Below, in pieces: positions 63,299-64,000 of a stretch of 64,000 nucleotides of DNA. How positions within the stretch are numbered: position 1 is the first letter of the stretch; every line of letters starts with the position of its first letter. Under the pieces are notes generated by a model, which was not told the origin of the DNA, ran no database searches, and saw only the letters and a program-made list of their open reading frames with translations. A program made the translations under genes and the position numbers. Origin of the DNA: Malacoraja senta (taxonomy: Eukaryota); the NCBI GenBank assembly GCA_038087875.1, contig JAXLNO010000470.1, positions 62,001 through 126,000 of the forward strand, given 5' to 3'.

Positions 63299-64000
63299 GA
63301 TAGTCCCCACCAGACTTGCTGAAAAAGCTGCTGGAACTGGGGCTTAACACTTCCCTGTGTGCCTGGGTCATGGACTTTCTCACCGCCAGGCCCCAGGTGG
63401 TCAAGCTTGGAAGACGTACATTGAGCACCCTCACACTGAACACAGGATCCCCCCAGGGTTGCGTCCTCAGACCCCTACTGTACTCCCTGTAGACACATGA
63501 CTGTGTGGCCAGGTTCAGCTCCAACTCCATAATCACGTTTGCCGATGACACTGTGGTGGTGGGCCTGATCTCCGATGAAATGAGAAGGCCTACCGGGAGG
63601 AGGTGGCTGATCTGGCATTCTGGTGTCAGGACAACAGCCTCATCTTGAATGTCATAAAAACTAAGGTGCTGATTGTGGACTTTAGAAGAGCACAACATCT
63701 GAGGACGTACACGCCACTGGAGATAAATGTGGACAGGGTGAGCTGCTTTAAATACCTGGGAGTCCACATCACAGAGGATCTGACATGGACTACACACGCT
63801 GCCGCACTGGTGAGTAAGGCAAGGCAGCGCCTTTACCACCTCAGGCAGCTGAGGAAATCCAGAGTCTCTCTGAGGATCCTTCAGTGCTTCCACTCTGGGG
63901 CTGTTTGAAGCATCTTGTCCGGCAACATCACAATCTGGTTTGGGAACTGCTCTGCCCATGACAAGAAGGCTCTGCAGAGAGTAGTGCGCTCGGCTGAAAG

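Larger units (their letters stand above)
56690..64000 (+). mobile_element. Long Rex1/Babar LINE with four nested insertions
   Basis: [61 protein letters not shown]; pieces rejoin across TSDs. Confidence 0.92.

Overview
Vertebrate genomic DNA, most likely from a cartilaginous fish such as a skate or ray (inferred from the repeat types). The window is essentially all transposable element, with no host gene. It holds about 40 nested insertions: three DIRS tyrosine-recombinase elements (one full length), several L1s (one full length), CR1s (one nearly intact), L2, Rex1, Tx1, Vingi, Penelope, CsRN1-lineage Gypsy, a retroviral-type gag, Tc1, PIF/Harbinger elements with MITEs, and a THAP-bearing DNA transposon end. 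Two observations stand out. (1) About 37 of 40 orientable insertions point the same way (+), as expected for a flamenco-like unistrand piRNA cluster read from the minus strand. (2) All three L1 copies with an inter-ORF spacer keep an open 84-88 aa third ORF whose stop lies just past the ORF2 start. Boundaries were read by eye; they are exact where a TSD or TIR is quoted and approximate otherwise.
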